Source: Raillietiella orientalis
Taxonomy: Eukaryota
DNA: 64,000 nucleotides
Reading direction: 5' to 3'
Assembly (NCBI GenBank): GCA_036172245.1
Contig: JAYWIR010000001.1
Span: forward strand, 9,300,001-9,364,000
Shown here: in pieces, positions 12,801 through 23,952 of the stretch
Layout: each line of letters begins with the position of its first letter
How positions within the stretch are numbered: position 1 is the first letter of the stretch
The notes under the pieces: model-generated
Told to the model about the DNA's origin: nothing
Seen by the model: the letters and a program-made list of their open reading frames with translations, nothing else
The model's database searches: none
Position numbers and translations under genes: made by a program

Positions 12801-13001
12801 ACGTTTGCATCTCTTTCTGTGAGATTCCGGATTCATGCTGATATGGGGACTACGCACTCCACGGATATTTTTTCCCCCGATATACTGCAGTCCAAGAGGC
12901 ATAGGGGAAAAAAAAATAATAATCATGGAATATGCACATACCAACTTCCTGCGCATGTCCCACCATCGTCAATTTCATGAAATTTAATTAGGAATCGTTG
13001 C

Positions 13002-13435
13002 ATCATGCGCCGTTTCTTCACGCGCGGTGGCCTCTCGCTAGGTGCGGCCATCGCAACGATCTGTTGCATCCGCGCCATCGTCAGGGCCCGTCGCGTGTTG
13101 GAGTCCCAACAGAGGTCACTAGGACTGTAGCCTACAACATGAGGATTGCTGCCAGGTGGTCTCACATCAACGAAGAAGCGAGGAAGGAGATCTCCGGCAT
13201 TCAAAGCCGGTTCTGAGAAGAAGGAGCGGTCGAAGCCAAAGACCCCCTATCCCCTACTCTCCTCCCATATCTTTTTCTATTTATTTATTGTCTCCCCCCT
13301 CCCGTTCCGGAATCTCAGTATGCCCGACCTGCGTGTCAGGGGGCACTGCCCCTGGACTTCTGGTATCTTTGCCTGGGAACTTTGTTCCCAGTGACGTGCA
13401 TTTTAAATAAACGTTCCGGCGCAACCGGGTAAGAA
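13002..13435 (+). mobile_element. LINE family A, short 3' copy with 12-bp TSD (1 mismatch)
   Basis: Peptide ICCIRAI...AARWSHINEEARKEISGIQSRF* matches the copy at 3.5 kb. TSD aggaatcgttgc (12990-13001) / aggaatcgtcgc (13436-13447). Confidence 0.88.
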
Positions 13436-13728
13436 AGGAATCGTCGCTTGAAAACCTCGAAATTTGAACGTGCTGAGGTGCTTGTTCCACAGAGCCCCAA
13501 GGAGTGCTTTTCAAAAAAAAAAAAAAAAAGGGGAAGAAAGGAGCCGAGCTCGAATCGCCGATTCCCGACTCACTTAGGATGACGATTCCCAACAACCGCC
13601 ATCATTAAAAGGTTCAGAGGGAATCCACCGATGCAAAAGATTGCATGGGTGTTAATTACACGCTTCCCGCAACGAACGTTTTCAAAACGACAGTTCTGTC
13701 ACAGTTGCTGACGAACTCCCGGGAACGA

Positions 13729-14485
13729 ATCCTGCTCTGTCGGGCAGTGGCACTCTGCGCAGAGCAGGATCTCTCCAGAAGGCTAGCGAAGGACGGAGGG
13801 CTGCAGCCTCCGCACGCGGAATCAGGCGTCGCGGGTTCGAAACCCTCCCGGGGAAGGATCGGCTCCGGGAACGGGGAGGAGTTGTGGGTTTCGAGTACCC
13901 CAACCCCCTTCTTCACAGGATGGCATTGGTTGGTCCCTCGGCTGGTTTCGCATGAGCCACTGTTTAAAACCGGATGCTCCCGTTGACTGACAAGGATTGG
14001 GAGTGGGCCCATTTGAGTCCTTCCAGGAATCAAGGAGCCGGTTTCCTTCAGGATTCTTCTTCGAGTGTCAAAATGGAGACGTACCTGGAGCTGATTGAAT
14101 CCCCTCCGGGGTGTTGCGTCTCCAGAGTGTCCGAAGAGCGCTGCTGCACCCTTCGGGAAGAGCCCTTCAGAGAAATTGGGGAGTGTCCCCTTCGTGCTTC
14201 TCTCCAGAGGAGCCCAGACAAGGAGCGGTTCCCTTGCGAGTTCCCTTCGGAGAAGACATTCCAAGAGCAGATCCTTTCTGGGTTCCCTTGGGAGGAGAAA
14301 TGAGGAATGTCACCCTGCAGGGCATCCCCCGGAGAGAATGGGAAAGAGGTGGTTTCTTTCGGGGTTCGAGGTTTCCTCCCAAGAGTCCGAGAGTAACGGA
14401 CTCCTTCTTCGGGAGTCTCCCTGAGTTTATAGGGTGGTTTCTCCCCCCCCTCCCCGAAGCGCCCCCTCTCCCTCAACTTGAAGAA
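13729..14485 (+). repeat. Family C, longest copy; SINE-like with internal tRNA-like module
   Basis: B-box-like ggttcgaaacc at 13834-13844. Upstream 11-bp inverted repeat (13729-13739/13760-13770). Colinear with the other C copies. Confidence 0.75.
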
Positions 14486-17283
14486 CAACATGCACCCTCG
14501 GATGGCGTGGGCGGTGCTTAAGAAGATTCCTGAGCCCCCTTAGGGCAACGGTTCCAGAGAGCCTGTCTCAGGACAGCAGCTACACGAGGACAGGCTCTGC
14601 AACGAGCCAAGCCAGCGATTTCCCACGTGTGGCGGCTCGCACCATCTTGATCTTCCTTGGTCGTCAAGAGACCGTTGCGAGCATCAGGAAACACGGAAGG
14701 CAACCCAGACTGTGCATTCATTCCCCAGTGGCATTGGCTGGCTAGCCCCTGGGTGTTTTTCTGACCTTCAACCAATTCAGTACCAACATTTGCTGGAGGA
14801 AACAGTACGCAGCAAGTTGGAAAATCTCCAGCGGAATTTTTCACTCTCGTTCGGCGCCAGCCGAGAAAGAATGGGGTTGGGTCTTGGTGCGCTGCTTGCA
14901 ATCCAGGGAGTACGTCCATTCATCGGGATGTGGACTCTTCGGACCAAGGCGGAGGAGGTTCGATGGTTTCGGGAAAGCCTTCTCGCCAGAGCCTTCTCTG
15001 CCTCGTCCTGGCTAGCGTCGTTCCGGCGTGCTGGACGCAACAGCTGACGCTCTTAGGAGCCGCCCTAGCGACCTCCACGCGGAAACTCCTGCAGAGTGTG
15101 GGCGACTTTGCAGCCGCGGCAGTTTGAGGTTCTGCTTTCTTGAGATCGAAGTCGAAGGGGTCACCATTTTGCCAGGCAGGATCTGATGCTGTCGCGTCCA
15201 TCCTTTCCGCCTTCTCTCCCAGCACCTGCTTTGTTGAGGGGATCGCATCCATGAGCCACCCTCTGCGTCGAGATTCTCATCGCCTCCGATCCAGCGACGT
15301 CCTCGAGGAAGACCCGCCACCTTCCTCGTGAGGTCTTCGCCGGACGCATCCCGAAAAGAGTCCCAAGGAGCGTTCGATTCATCCCCAATCCGCAGGTTTC
15401 GAGAAAGGAGGATCTTCCCTCCCGTAGGGAGAACAGACATTTCCAGGGTACCCAATAATTGGGCGATTCTGGGTGTTCCCAACAAATCCATAGATGGAGG
15501 AGGGAAAGGGGAAAAGAAGGAGGGGGGAGGGAAATAGGGAACAATGCAAAAATGTAGAATGAAAAAAAAAATCCTGTCCACCAACCAGACACCCACCTGG
15601 TGATATCCCAAGCACCAAGGCGGCTCATCGAAAAGTTGGGAAGGCGAAAGCAGTGGAAGGAGGGAATTAGAGAAAAAAGACAGTTTGATGGGACACAAAA
15701 AGATGGGCAAGGAAACCGAACACCAACACAGGATCGCCACCGACAGTGCCCAAATAGGTAGAAGACAACCCACGGCAACGCATGGGTCAGTCCCCACGCT
15801 CAAACACACACACAGACACTCAGAACAAGAAAAGACGTTGATGTTGAAGCCAAACCACTGGCTTAAATGGGTCAAAAAGGGTATGCCCCGCTGCTACATT
15901 CAGACCAATCAGCAGCACCAAGGCACCCCCAAAATGGTGCCCTCACTGTAATCCTGGAATGCTCTAGAAGAAAGCGAACAAAGAACCAAAGGGCAAGCAC
16001 CAACGATAGAGCATGGGAGCACCACCAGGGAAGAGATGGATCCTCTGATGAAGCTCAACATCCGGATGACTTGGAAACCGGTGGAATGCGAAACCGGATA
16101 AAGAGGCTGGAACGAAGAAATGAGAGAAAGGGGCTCCCGAAGGCAGCGGAGTTTGTCGTATCCGAGAGGAGGTGCGATTCGAGTGACGTCACCACTGCTG
16201 CTCATCGAAAGGGGACCGAAATCACACGCGCCAGTGGGCAGAGACGAGTGGGCAGGTGACACGCGGCGCTTCCTCGGCAGCAGGACAGCTCCGAATATCC
16301 CCAGGCGCATCCTGCGGATGGGCGGGACGGATTCTGCTCGCACCCCTGGTGAAATTCCATCGTCCGAAGGGGGTCGTTCCCGAAAGAGAACGTTCCCTCA
16401 GTTCTAGGACTGTCCGGGAGCTGAGGAGGCCTCACTGGGGACGGAGGGACAGCTAAGGGTCACTCTGCTCCCAGGACTTTGTGTCATTAGCACTCCGCGA
16501 ATCCGTGTGCATCCGTCCATTCGTGCCTTCGCTCAAAGAGGATGGGGCGAAATTGCCTGCTATGCGGGACGTGGAGGCCACAGAAGGCCACCTTGTGGGA
16601 GGCCTCCGATGGAAACGAGTACTCCTTGGAGGTAGCATGGCGGCCCACCATCGGAGGGAAGGGGGAGGGGAAAATGACACAGGAAAGAGGAATCTTCTGG
16701 AACGGTGGGAAACGTCCTCGTAACCGACGGCGTCCGTGATCGACGGGGGGTGGGGAGAAGAGGAGGAGCAGTTGACATCACTCTTGCTGTGTACTGGAAG
16801 GAAGGAGCGATTCCCTGCGTTCGATGGTCAGGAGAGCTCCAGGGATTACCGCGGATGCCAAAGAAAAAGACAAATGCCGCGGTTCCCTCGAATTCGAGCA
16901 TCATTCAATTCGCAAAACATCAAAGTGATGTGAATGACGTCACGTCAATGGATAGGGTAGCATCGTTTTGCGGAGTGCGTTTGGACAGTCCCGAGCCAAG
17001 GACAGCCTCGGAGCTGTTCCCGCAGCGTCGGGTAAGGTTGCAGGTGAACGTCCCAATTTATGGACGAGGGTGGCAAACAAGAACGAACTGAAAAGACAGC
17101 GTAGAGCTGCCCAGTTCTTCCGACACCAACGACGAACCGCACGTTCAGAGAGAGACGCGCGCTTTGCCATGAAAACGCGACTGGGCACAACACGAAGCTG
17201 CATCCGATCACCAACTCGAGTCACGCATGTTTCTTGAAATTCAGGATTGCTTTAGGCTGGTAGAAAACGTTTGGGAACAGATT

Positions 17284-18060
17284 TGCACCCAGTGGCGTCG
17301 GGGTGTTTATTTTACAATAATAAAAGAACCATTCAAGACGGGAAAGTAACCTCTGAGACGGCGATTTCCCTTCAGACATCCAATGGAAGTTCAAAGGGAG
17401 GTTCACCGATACGCCCGACCGGTTTCCTGAAAGTCCAGGGAGAGGGAATAGGGTCCAAAAACTAAAATAAATTGAAGGGCAGGGTCAGAGTTCTTGGCTT
17501 CTCCCGTTCCTTCCTAAAGCACCGGGAACAGTCCGGAACGGGCAGGAGTGGGCGATAAACAAATGTGTGCAAAGGAGGGCGGGCCGAGGATCACCGGCAA
17601 TGTCAGTTCCTTCCTCTCAGAAACGGCGCAGCATACCAGCGATCTCCTCCCTAGTCTAGGTGGGGTCACCTGGCAGCCGTCCTTATGTAGACAGCTGCAA
17701 TGCTGGCGGCTTCCGTTCGCTGCGCAAGAGATTCCAGCCAATGGCGGGTCGTATTGATGGCACGGATGCAACATATCGTCACCATCACGGCGCCAGTCGT
17801 GGCTTCATCTCTTGTAAAGAATCGCCGCAGCAAGTCCACCGCAGTGTCTCCGGTGTGCAGGCGTGCTGAGCTCAGCCTCCGAAAAAAGTTCCTGGAGGGC
17901 ACCGTAGTCCAACAAGAGGTGAGGGAACGTTCAGTCGCTCCGCACCTCCAACAGTTCGGGGACACGATGCCTCTGTAAATCCGGTTCCTACTCCGGGTGC
18001 ACTGGAAACCCCAATGCAGAAACAGCAGGATGCCCTGCTTCCCTGGAAATAGAAGGAGCA
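17284..18060 (-). mobile_element. LINE family A, 5'-truncated copy
   Basis: LHWGF...VSPNCWRCG zinc-binding region and ICCIRAI...AARW segment. Terminal AATAAA+caccc/gggtg hairpin at 17286-17311. TSD not found. Confidence 0.85.
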
Positions 18061-18414
18061 TTCCGCTGCGCAGCAGTTTACGAGAAGCAGTTTCGTCTGT
18101 ATCCACTGCAAAGTGTTTCTGTCTGCCAAACAACAAACGGGAAGTCGCTCGCGTTTCCGCTCGCAGTGTTCACGAAATTCTGTTTCACCTGCTCCTTCAA
18201 AATTTGGTGGCGTCCTACACCTGGATCTTCGCTTTTTAGGGGGGGAGTGAAATTCTGTGGAAAACCTAAGTACAAATTCCATCTGCCCAGAGATTAGACA
18301 GTCTCCTCCCTTACAAAGTCAAAGAGCTCTTCCTCGAGAGCCGCATAGCTGTTATTGTACTGCTCATGCAACGAGCTCTCATCAGTAGTGCTCTCGACTG
18401 TTCTTTGAAGGGTC

Positions 18415-18611
18415 TTTGTTCACTTGGTGGTAACCAAGTGAACAAATGGGCAACGCAGCCGATATCTAGCTTCTGGATATCGGCCGCTCGTCTGCCACGA
18501 ACTTCCATGAATGAAGAACCGTCGAAGATTTCTAAAAATCTTCTCATACCGAAGGCACTCTCCAGCAATGGATATGTGCCGTATCAAAGAATGAACGTCC
18601 GAGGAGTTCAC
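18415..18611. other. Cluster of five adjacent stem-loops; possible structured RNA
   Basis: Includes a perfect 14-bp stem (18415-18446) and four further inverted repeats; see findings. Confidence 0.45.
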
Positions 18612-19799
18612 AATACAACACACGTGAACAAAATGCGCTGAAGCATCGTTCCAGGGTTCCTCACCAAGTCTAAATTATCTCTTTTTTTCCTGGAAATGCA
18701 AGCGCACAGCAAAACAGGAAAGATGGAAAGTCTGTGTACAAAAGGCCCCTGTATTCAGTTAGACAAACAACCACGTATCGTAAACAAAGGTGATTCGTCA
18801 GGAAACCTCCAACCCTCTAGATGATACAATGTGAATCCCAGGTGCGATGATTTCGAAAAATCATCCTTCACGTGAAGATCAATCCATTTGCTTCCTCTCA
18901 TGCTCTCGCAAGGCAGGATAAATCACTCCATGTTCTTCAGAGATTGCCACTAGTGAGACAACCCGAAGCGTGAAGCCAAACTAGTAAACCCAAAGTTAAT
19001 GATTCGTTTTTTTTCCGGTGAGGATGCCTTAAGGCTAACTATGTAGACATTGAGTAATTTTGTGCTGCTCTCTCTTTGCTCATTCATTTGACCTCTCGCA
19101 GGTGGAGCATTCACGTGACTGTTGGTAGGGGATCATCCATCATCATTGTGAGGAACTTTTCAGCAGTCTGCCTAGACATTGAAATACAACGATCAGCTGC
19201 GCTGCATTTGAGCTCCTTTCTGAGCCCCGTGTCGCTATCCGCTATGACCATGTTATCCTTGCAAAGCAGAGACAACAGCATTTGCCGAAAGTAGGCTCAT
19301 CTCCTGCGACGAAATCTCCCTGCTCCATGCTTCTGACCGACAGCAGCCTGAAAGCATCGACACCTAACACAACTTTCCAATACCTCGAGTGCGAGCCACC
19401 AAACATCCTTCGGATGAGCTCGATGGATAGGCCATCCGCTGAATGAGCCGTTCGGGAGCTGCTGATCTTGTGCATCCAGAACGAAAGGAAATACCAAATC
19501 GAAGGTTTTGCGTCCTCTGTGTGCATGGGGTGGTGGGGGCATGCACATTTACGGTAATTCACCGAAACGTGCAAAAAAAACTCGTTCGATCACCGTATGG
19601 GTTCAACCTTGGGCTGTATGGGAGGCAGGCATCGGACACGCTTTCGAATCGGCGCTCACTTCGGGCACTGGGAGAGCTACAGCATAAAGGATCCAAGTGG
19701 ATCTGCGGATGATCGATGCGTGAATTGGTGTTGAAATGCCTTAGCTTTGAAGGGAGCGGCGGGCATCTCTGCACTCTGGATAGGTACCAGACCTACTTT

Positions 19800-20110
19800 A
19801 TGGTACGAAACGGAGGGTCCCCCCCGAAGGGAGGGGGTCCGCTCCTTTGCACAACCGAGGGGGAACTCTCCCCTCCTTGATTCCTGGGAGGACTCCTGAG
19901 GGTCGACTCCCAATCTCGGCCACTCATCGGGGGCATCCGGTTTTAACTGCCATTGACGCCGCATTCGAATAAGACCAACCAGCGTCATCTTGCAGGAGGA
20001 ACTCATCCCCATCTCTCGCCGTCGATTCTCTCCGTATATTCGAACCCGCGACGCTTGGTTCCACGCACGGAGACCGTAACCACATGGCCTCCGACTCGGG
20101 CCTCTGGCAT
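19800..20110 (-). repeat. Family C copy with the best-preserved tRNA-like A/B boxes
   Basis: Minus strand reads ggccatgtggtta...(35 nt from GG to TTCGA)...gcgggttcgaat, then aaaaccggatgcccc and ccaggaatcaagg blocks shared with the 13.9-14.0 kb copy. Confidence 0.75.
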
Positions 20111-20367
20111 GACCATGGCCTCTGGCAAACTCCCAGTTTCTTCCGTCACTGTAAGTAAACGGTTCCATTCTTTGCAGTTGCAGTCACTTCGATGCAATCG
20201 CATAGGCATGCTGACCGCGATGTGCAACGATTTTTAAGGAGGATGAGTGCGTTTGATGTCAGTGGTGCCGCACGACGCAACATCTGGGAACGCGAAGTTT
20301 CTTGAGCTCAGCTAGCGATCTCCTCGTTTCCTTTTTTGTAAGGTGTAGTGTGGGTCGTCGGTGTCCG

Positions 20368-22106
20368 ATGGCAGCGTTGCCAGAGGACACCGCGATGGAG
20401 GTAGGCGTGGGGGAGGCAAGTCCTCCCACACCACCTACAGATGTGGGGGCAACAGCCCCAGGACCGTCTTCGCAGCCTGCGAGGAGTTGGAGCGCCATGG
20501 TCGCCGCCCCCAGTGCGGAAGCCTTGGCCGAGGAAGAAGCCTATCGGGCCAGTGGATACAAGCCATCGCTTGTGTACAAGGTAGGCCCTTTGTTTGAAGG
20601 CAATAAGGCGCGCTCTTTCAGCAGAGCGCTGCAAAATGCAAATGTGCGTGAGGAAGATCTGGACGGTCTGTCCGTGCTAAGTCTCAGCGGGGCGCAGCGC
20701 GTTGAGCTGGTGTGTAAGAACATCAGCCTGGCCGAGCGCCTGATTAATACCCCGTTGATCATGGACGGCTGTAAGATCTTCCCGGTGTCAATGGACCACT
20801 CGGTAGTGGTCCACTTGACGGGGATTACTAACCGCATGAGGCGCACTGCGGTTAAAGAGGAGTTGAACAAATACGGGGACGTACACGCGCTGTGGCCGAA
20901 GCCCACAATCTTTGAGGGCTACGGACGCCTCTTCGGGGGCATGGCCGCAGCAGGAGTCACCCCAAAAGAAAATGCGAAGCTTCCCCACAAACTAGAGGTC
21001 GCGAGCGAATCGGTTGACCTCTGGTATGTGGGGAGGACACGGTATTGTGGCTACTGAGATGCGGTCGGTCACCTCCGAAAGAGGTGCCCAAACATCGAGT
21101 GCTACATGTGCGAGGAGAAGGGACACGTCCGTCGTGTGTGCCCCAAACGCCCCACCCCGATTCCCCCGGCCGCCAAAAAGGCGCAAGGGAAACGCGCGGG
21201 AAAAGAGAAAGCGGAACACCGGTAAATTGGCCGAGAACAGCTGCCATTAACCCAATCTGCAAGCGCGGCGTCGGAGGAAAAGGTCCCCGAAATCGCAGAG
21301 GGAGAAGAGCCAAAAATGTTAAAAGGGACAAACATGTCCCGAAAAAAGGAGAGAAAACGGCGTCCGGAACTAAAGCGAAATCCGTGCCGCGCGTGAAAAC
21401 TCTCCGCGAGTGCACGGTGACGCTGGAGCGCATTGACGTTCCCGCCGACACCTCCTGAGGCGATACGCCTTCAGTCGAAGTTCCCGCCGCGACGGATGCG
21501 CGCGAAAACCCACCCCCTGCTTGCGCAGAGGGTCAGCCGGGCGATAAACTCGCCGAAAGCGAGGACGCAGCCTTCGAGAAGGCCGCGGAGGAGCTTGCGG
21601 CAACGCTCGGCGAACGCGAAAACCCCTCGCGGAAGGGGCTGCGTAGGCCGGCAGCGGCGAAAATGGCCCCCGCAGGTGAGTCGGACCGGGAGACCGGAAG
21701 TGCATCCTCCTCCGCGGAAGCACCACCACGGAAATCGGGGCGAAAATCCCAGAAACCCCGAAGGTGCATTCCGCCTCCGAGCGAGGGAGATGCAATGGGG
21801 AAAGGTGTGGTGGACGTCAGCGTGGGAGCCCAAGTTTGGCATCACCCACGTTCGGAAGCCGACGACCAGGCGACTCCAATGGAGGAGGGTGCCCAGGAGA
21901 GAGCAATGCCCCCTACATCCGCCCAACCTGAACAACCTGCACCAATGGAGGTGGGCGAACAGGTAGGAGGAACACCCCCTTCGCACGAGGAGCAGGAGAC
22001 GTCGGCACCTAAGAAGGATGGGGAGCTGGTGGGCGAGACGCCAACCCCGTCCAGCGACGCGCCCCAAAAGGTGGCGGGAGCTCCACCGCCAGGTTGCCAG
22101 GAATAA
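20368..22106 (+). pseudogene. Tx1-like LINE ORF1 (gag-like), disrupted
   Basis: RSWSAMVA motif, RRM-like segment (VVVHLTGI...ELNKYGDV), two CCHC knuckles (CGY*DAVGHLRKRC, CYMCEEKGHVRRVC) and a low-complexity tail. In-frame stop at 21055-21057, with further disruptions. Confidence 0.88.
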
Positions 22107-23943
22107 CACCTGGACTCGCCTGTCGCCGTCGGATCCGCGTGGTCTGTTTGAACGTCAACGGGCTGCGCGTCGATGACAACAGACGGGACACAGCCGCCAC
22201 CTTGCGAGACTTCGACCTGGCGCTTCTGCAGGAGATCCACGTGATCACCGCAAAAGACGTCCAGGAGATCGAAACGATCGCGGCGGGCGCTTGTACTGGC
22301 GATGCGGCGCCCGCAACACCTGTAGGGTAGCGTTCTTTCTGAAGCCAACCATCAACGCGGCCGTGAAGGGCGTGCGCTTTGGGGACGACCGGATCGGCCA
22401 ACTGACTCAGAGATGGTCCGACTCGATCGACCTCATCGTCACCAATGTGTACGCTCCCAGCGGTAAACAGGGGTACCAGCAGCGCAATGCGTTACTGGAA
22501 ACCTTGAAGCGCGAATGGCTGGTGGATACGGACGTGAGAAAGGCGCATCTGATAGCAGGGGATTTCAACCTCCGAGTGCTCTCAGATCAGCCCGGAGCCC
22601 AGGAGAACTCGACGAACGAGTTGTGCGCCGCCATGCGTGCGCGCAACTTGTTCGAGGGCGCATCGGGAATGGACCACAGCATCGACCACGTCTTCCTCGA
22701 CGCTGACCTGTGTTCACGGGTCGGCAAACGGGGGAGGCTTGCGTCGACGCTGTCTGACCATTCCCGGTTATTATTCGAGATGCGCCCGCGCGACAAGGGA
22801 CCGCCATCCAGGGCGTGGCGTATGCCAGGGGACTGGACGCGACTCTCAGGAGCGAAAGAATACCTTCGCGATTTCCTGCGAGGCGTCACGCTCCAGAATC
22901 TCGCGGATTGGGACCTATTTAAGGACTCGGTCCGGGAGTTCTGCGAGCAGTTCCCCATGCACCGCCTGTCCCGGGGATTTGGCAAGGGGGCTCGCAACGA
23001 ACGCGCGTATTTGCAAGCGCGTCGTCACGAGAGGACCCCCAATGTCCGTCACCTGGCCGAATACCGCACCGGGGCCGAGCGGCAAGCCTGGCAATCCGGG
23101 TCGGCCAGCATGCTGGACGACTTGGGCCGAGAACGTTTGACCCCGGCTGCGGTACGGAATCTCGTGCGGTGCTATTATTCCTCCCTTTACGCCAAAACAC
23201 CACCGGAACAAGACGCCTCGCGGCGATTGCTCTTGAATGGTTCCGTGGCGATAGGGGAGGAGGAGAGGGAAAGCCTCGATGAGCCTTTCACGACCGGCGA
23301 AATTCTCGCTGGAATTAAAAGGCTCAAGAGGCGTAAGGCGCCAGGGGAGGATGGCCTGCCCGCGGAGTTTTTCCAATGCTTCGCGGCAGAGCTGGCCCCC
23401 CTGGTGCTCGAGTTGACAAGGCGAATCCGAGACGAAGGCGATGTTCCCGCCTCGTTTCGGTCAGCCAGAGTGAGGCTCCTTCCCAAGGGAGGAGACCTCA
23501 GGAAACTGAACAACTGGCGTCAGATCACGATCGTGAACACGGACGCCAAGTTGATCTCCGGGCTGTGGGCGTCGCGATTGGGGCAGGTGTCGAATTCCAT
23601 AATTAGCCCGGAGCAGACTTACTCTGTTCCCGGGCGAAGTATGGAGGACAACCGCTTCTTCGCGAGCACATGGATGCACGCGCAGCGGAGTAGGTAAGAA
23701 GGGAACGGGAAAATTTGCAACCCCACTTTGGGGCCGCCAGTGGGACAGGGAAGGGACTCCCGGGCGGGAAAGGGGGCCTTAGCGATCGCAGTCGATCTCC
23801 ATAAGGCGTTCAACTGTGTGGACCAGGAGCTTCTGTTGAAGCTCCTGGGTCGCATGGGCTTCCCACCCACCTTGATCACCTACCTGCGCTCCTGCTGGCG
23901 CCATGCGATTATTACCGTCTCTTTCAGCAGTCAGAAGGTGTAA
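22094..23943 (+). pseudogene. Tx1-like LINE ORF2, 5' half (AP endonuclease + N-terminal RT), family A
   Basis: EN motifs LNVNGL, LQEIH, NVYAP, GDFN, IDHVF and SDH. RT motifs KAPGEDGLPAEFF, WRQITIVNTDAKL and DLHKAFNCVD. Frameshift near 22320; stop at 23695-23697. Confidence 0.93.
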
Positions 23944-23952
23944 GTCAGAAGG

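Noticed and set aside
18355..18400. Hammerhead ribozyme (minus-strand CTGATGA followed by a stem)
   Set aside because: No GAAA after stem II. The CTGATGA sites near 2004, 16045 and 32477 also lack the full core.
20030..20100. Functional tRNA gene
   Set aside because: No acceptor stem or intact cloverleaf and no T-run terminator; it is embedded in repeat family C.
21055..21057. TGA at a zinc-knuckle Cys position as selenocysteine or readthrough
   Set aside because: The element has several other stops and frameshifts; a TGY-to-TGA point mutation is simpler.
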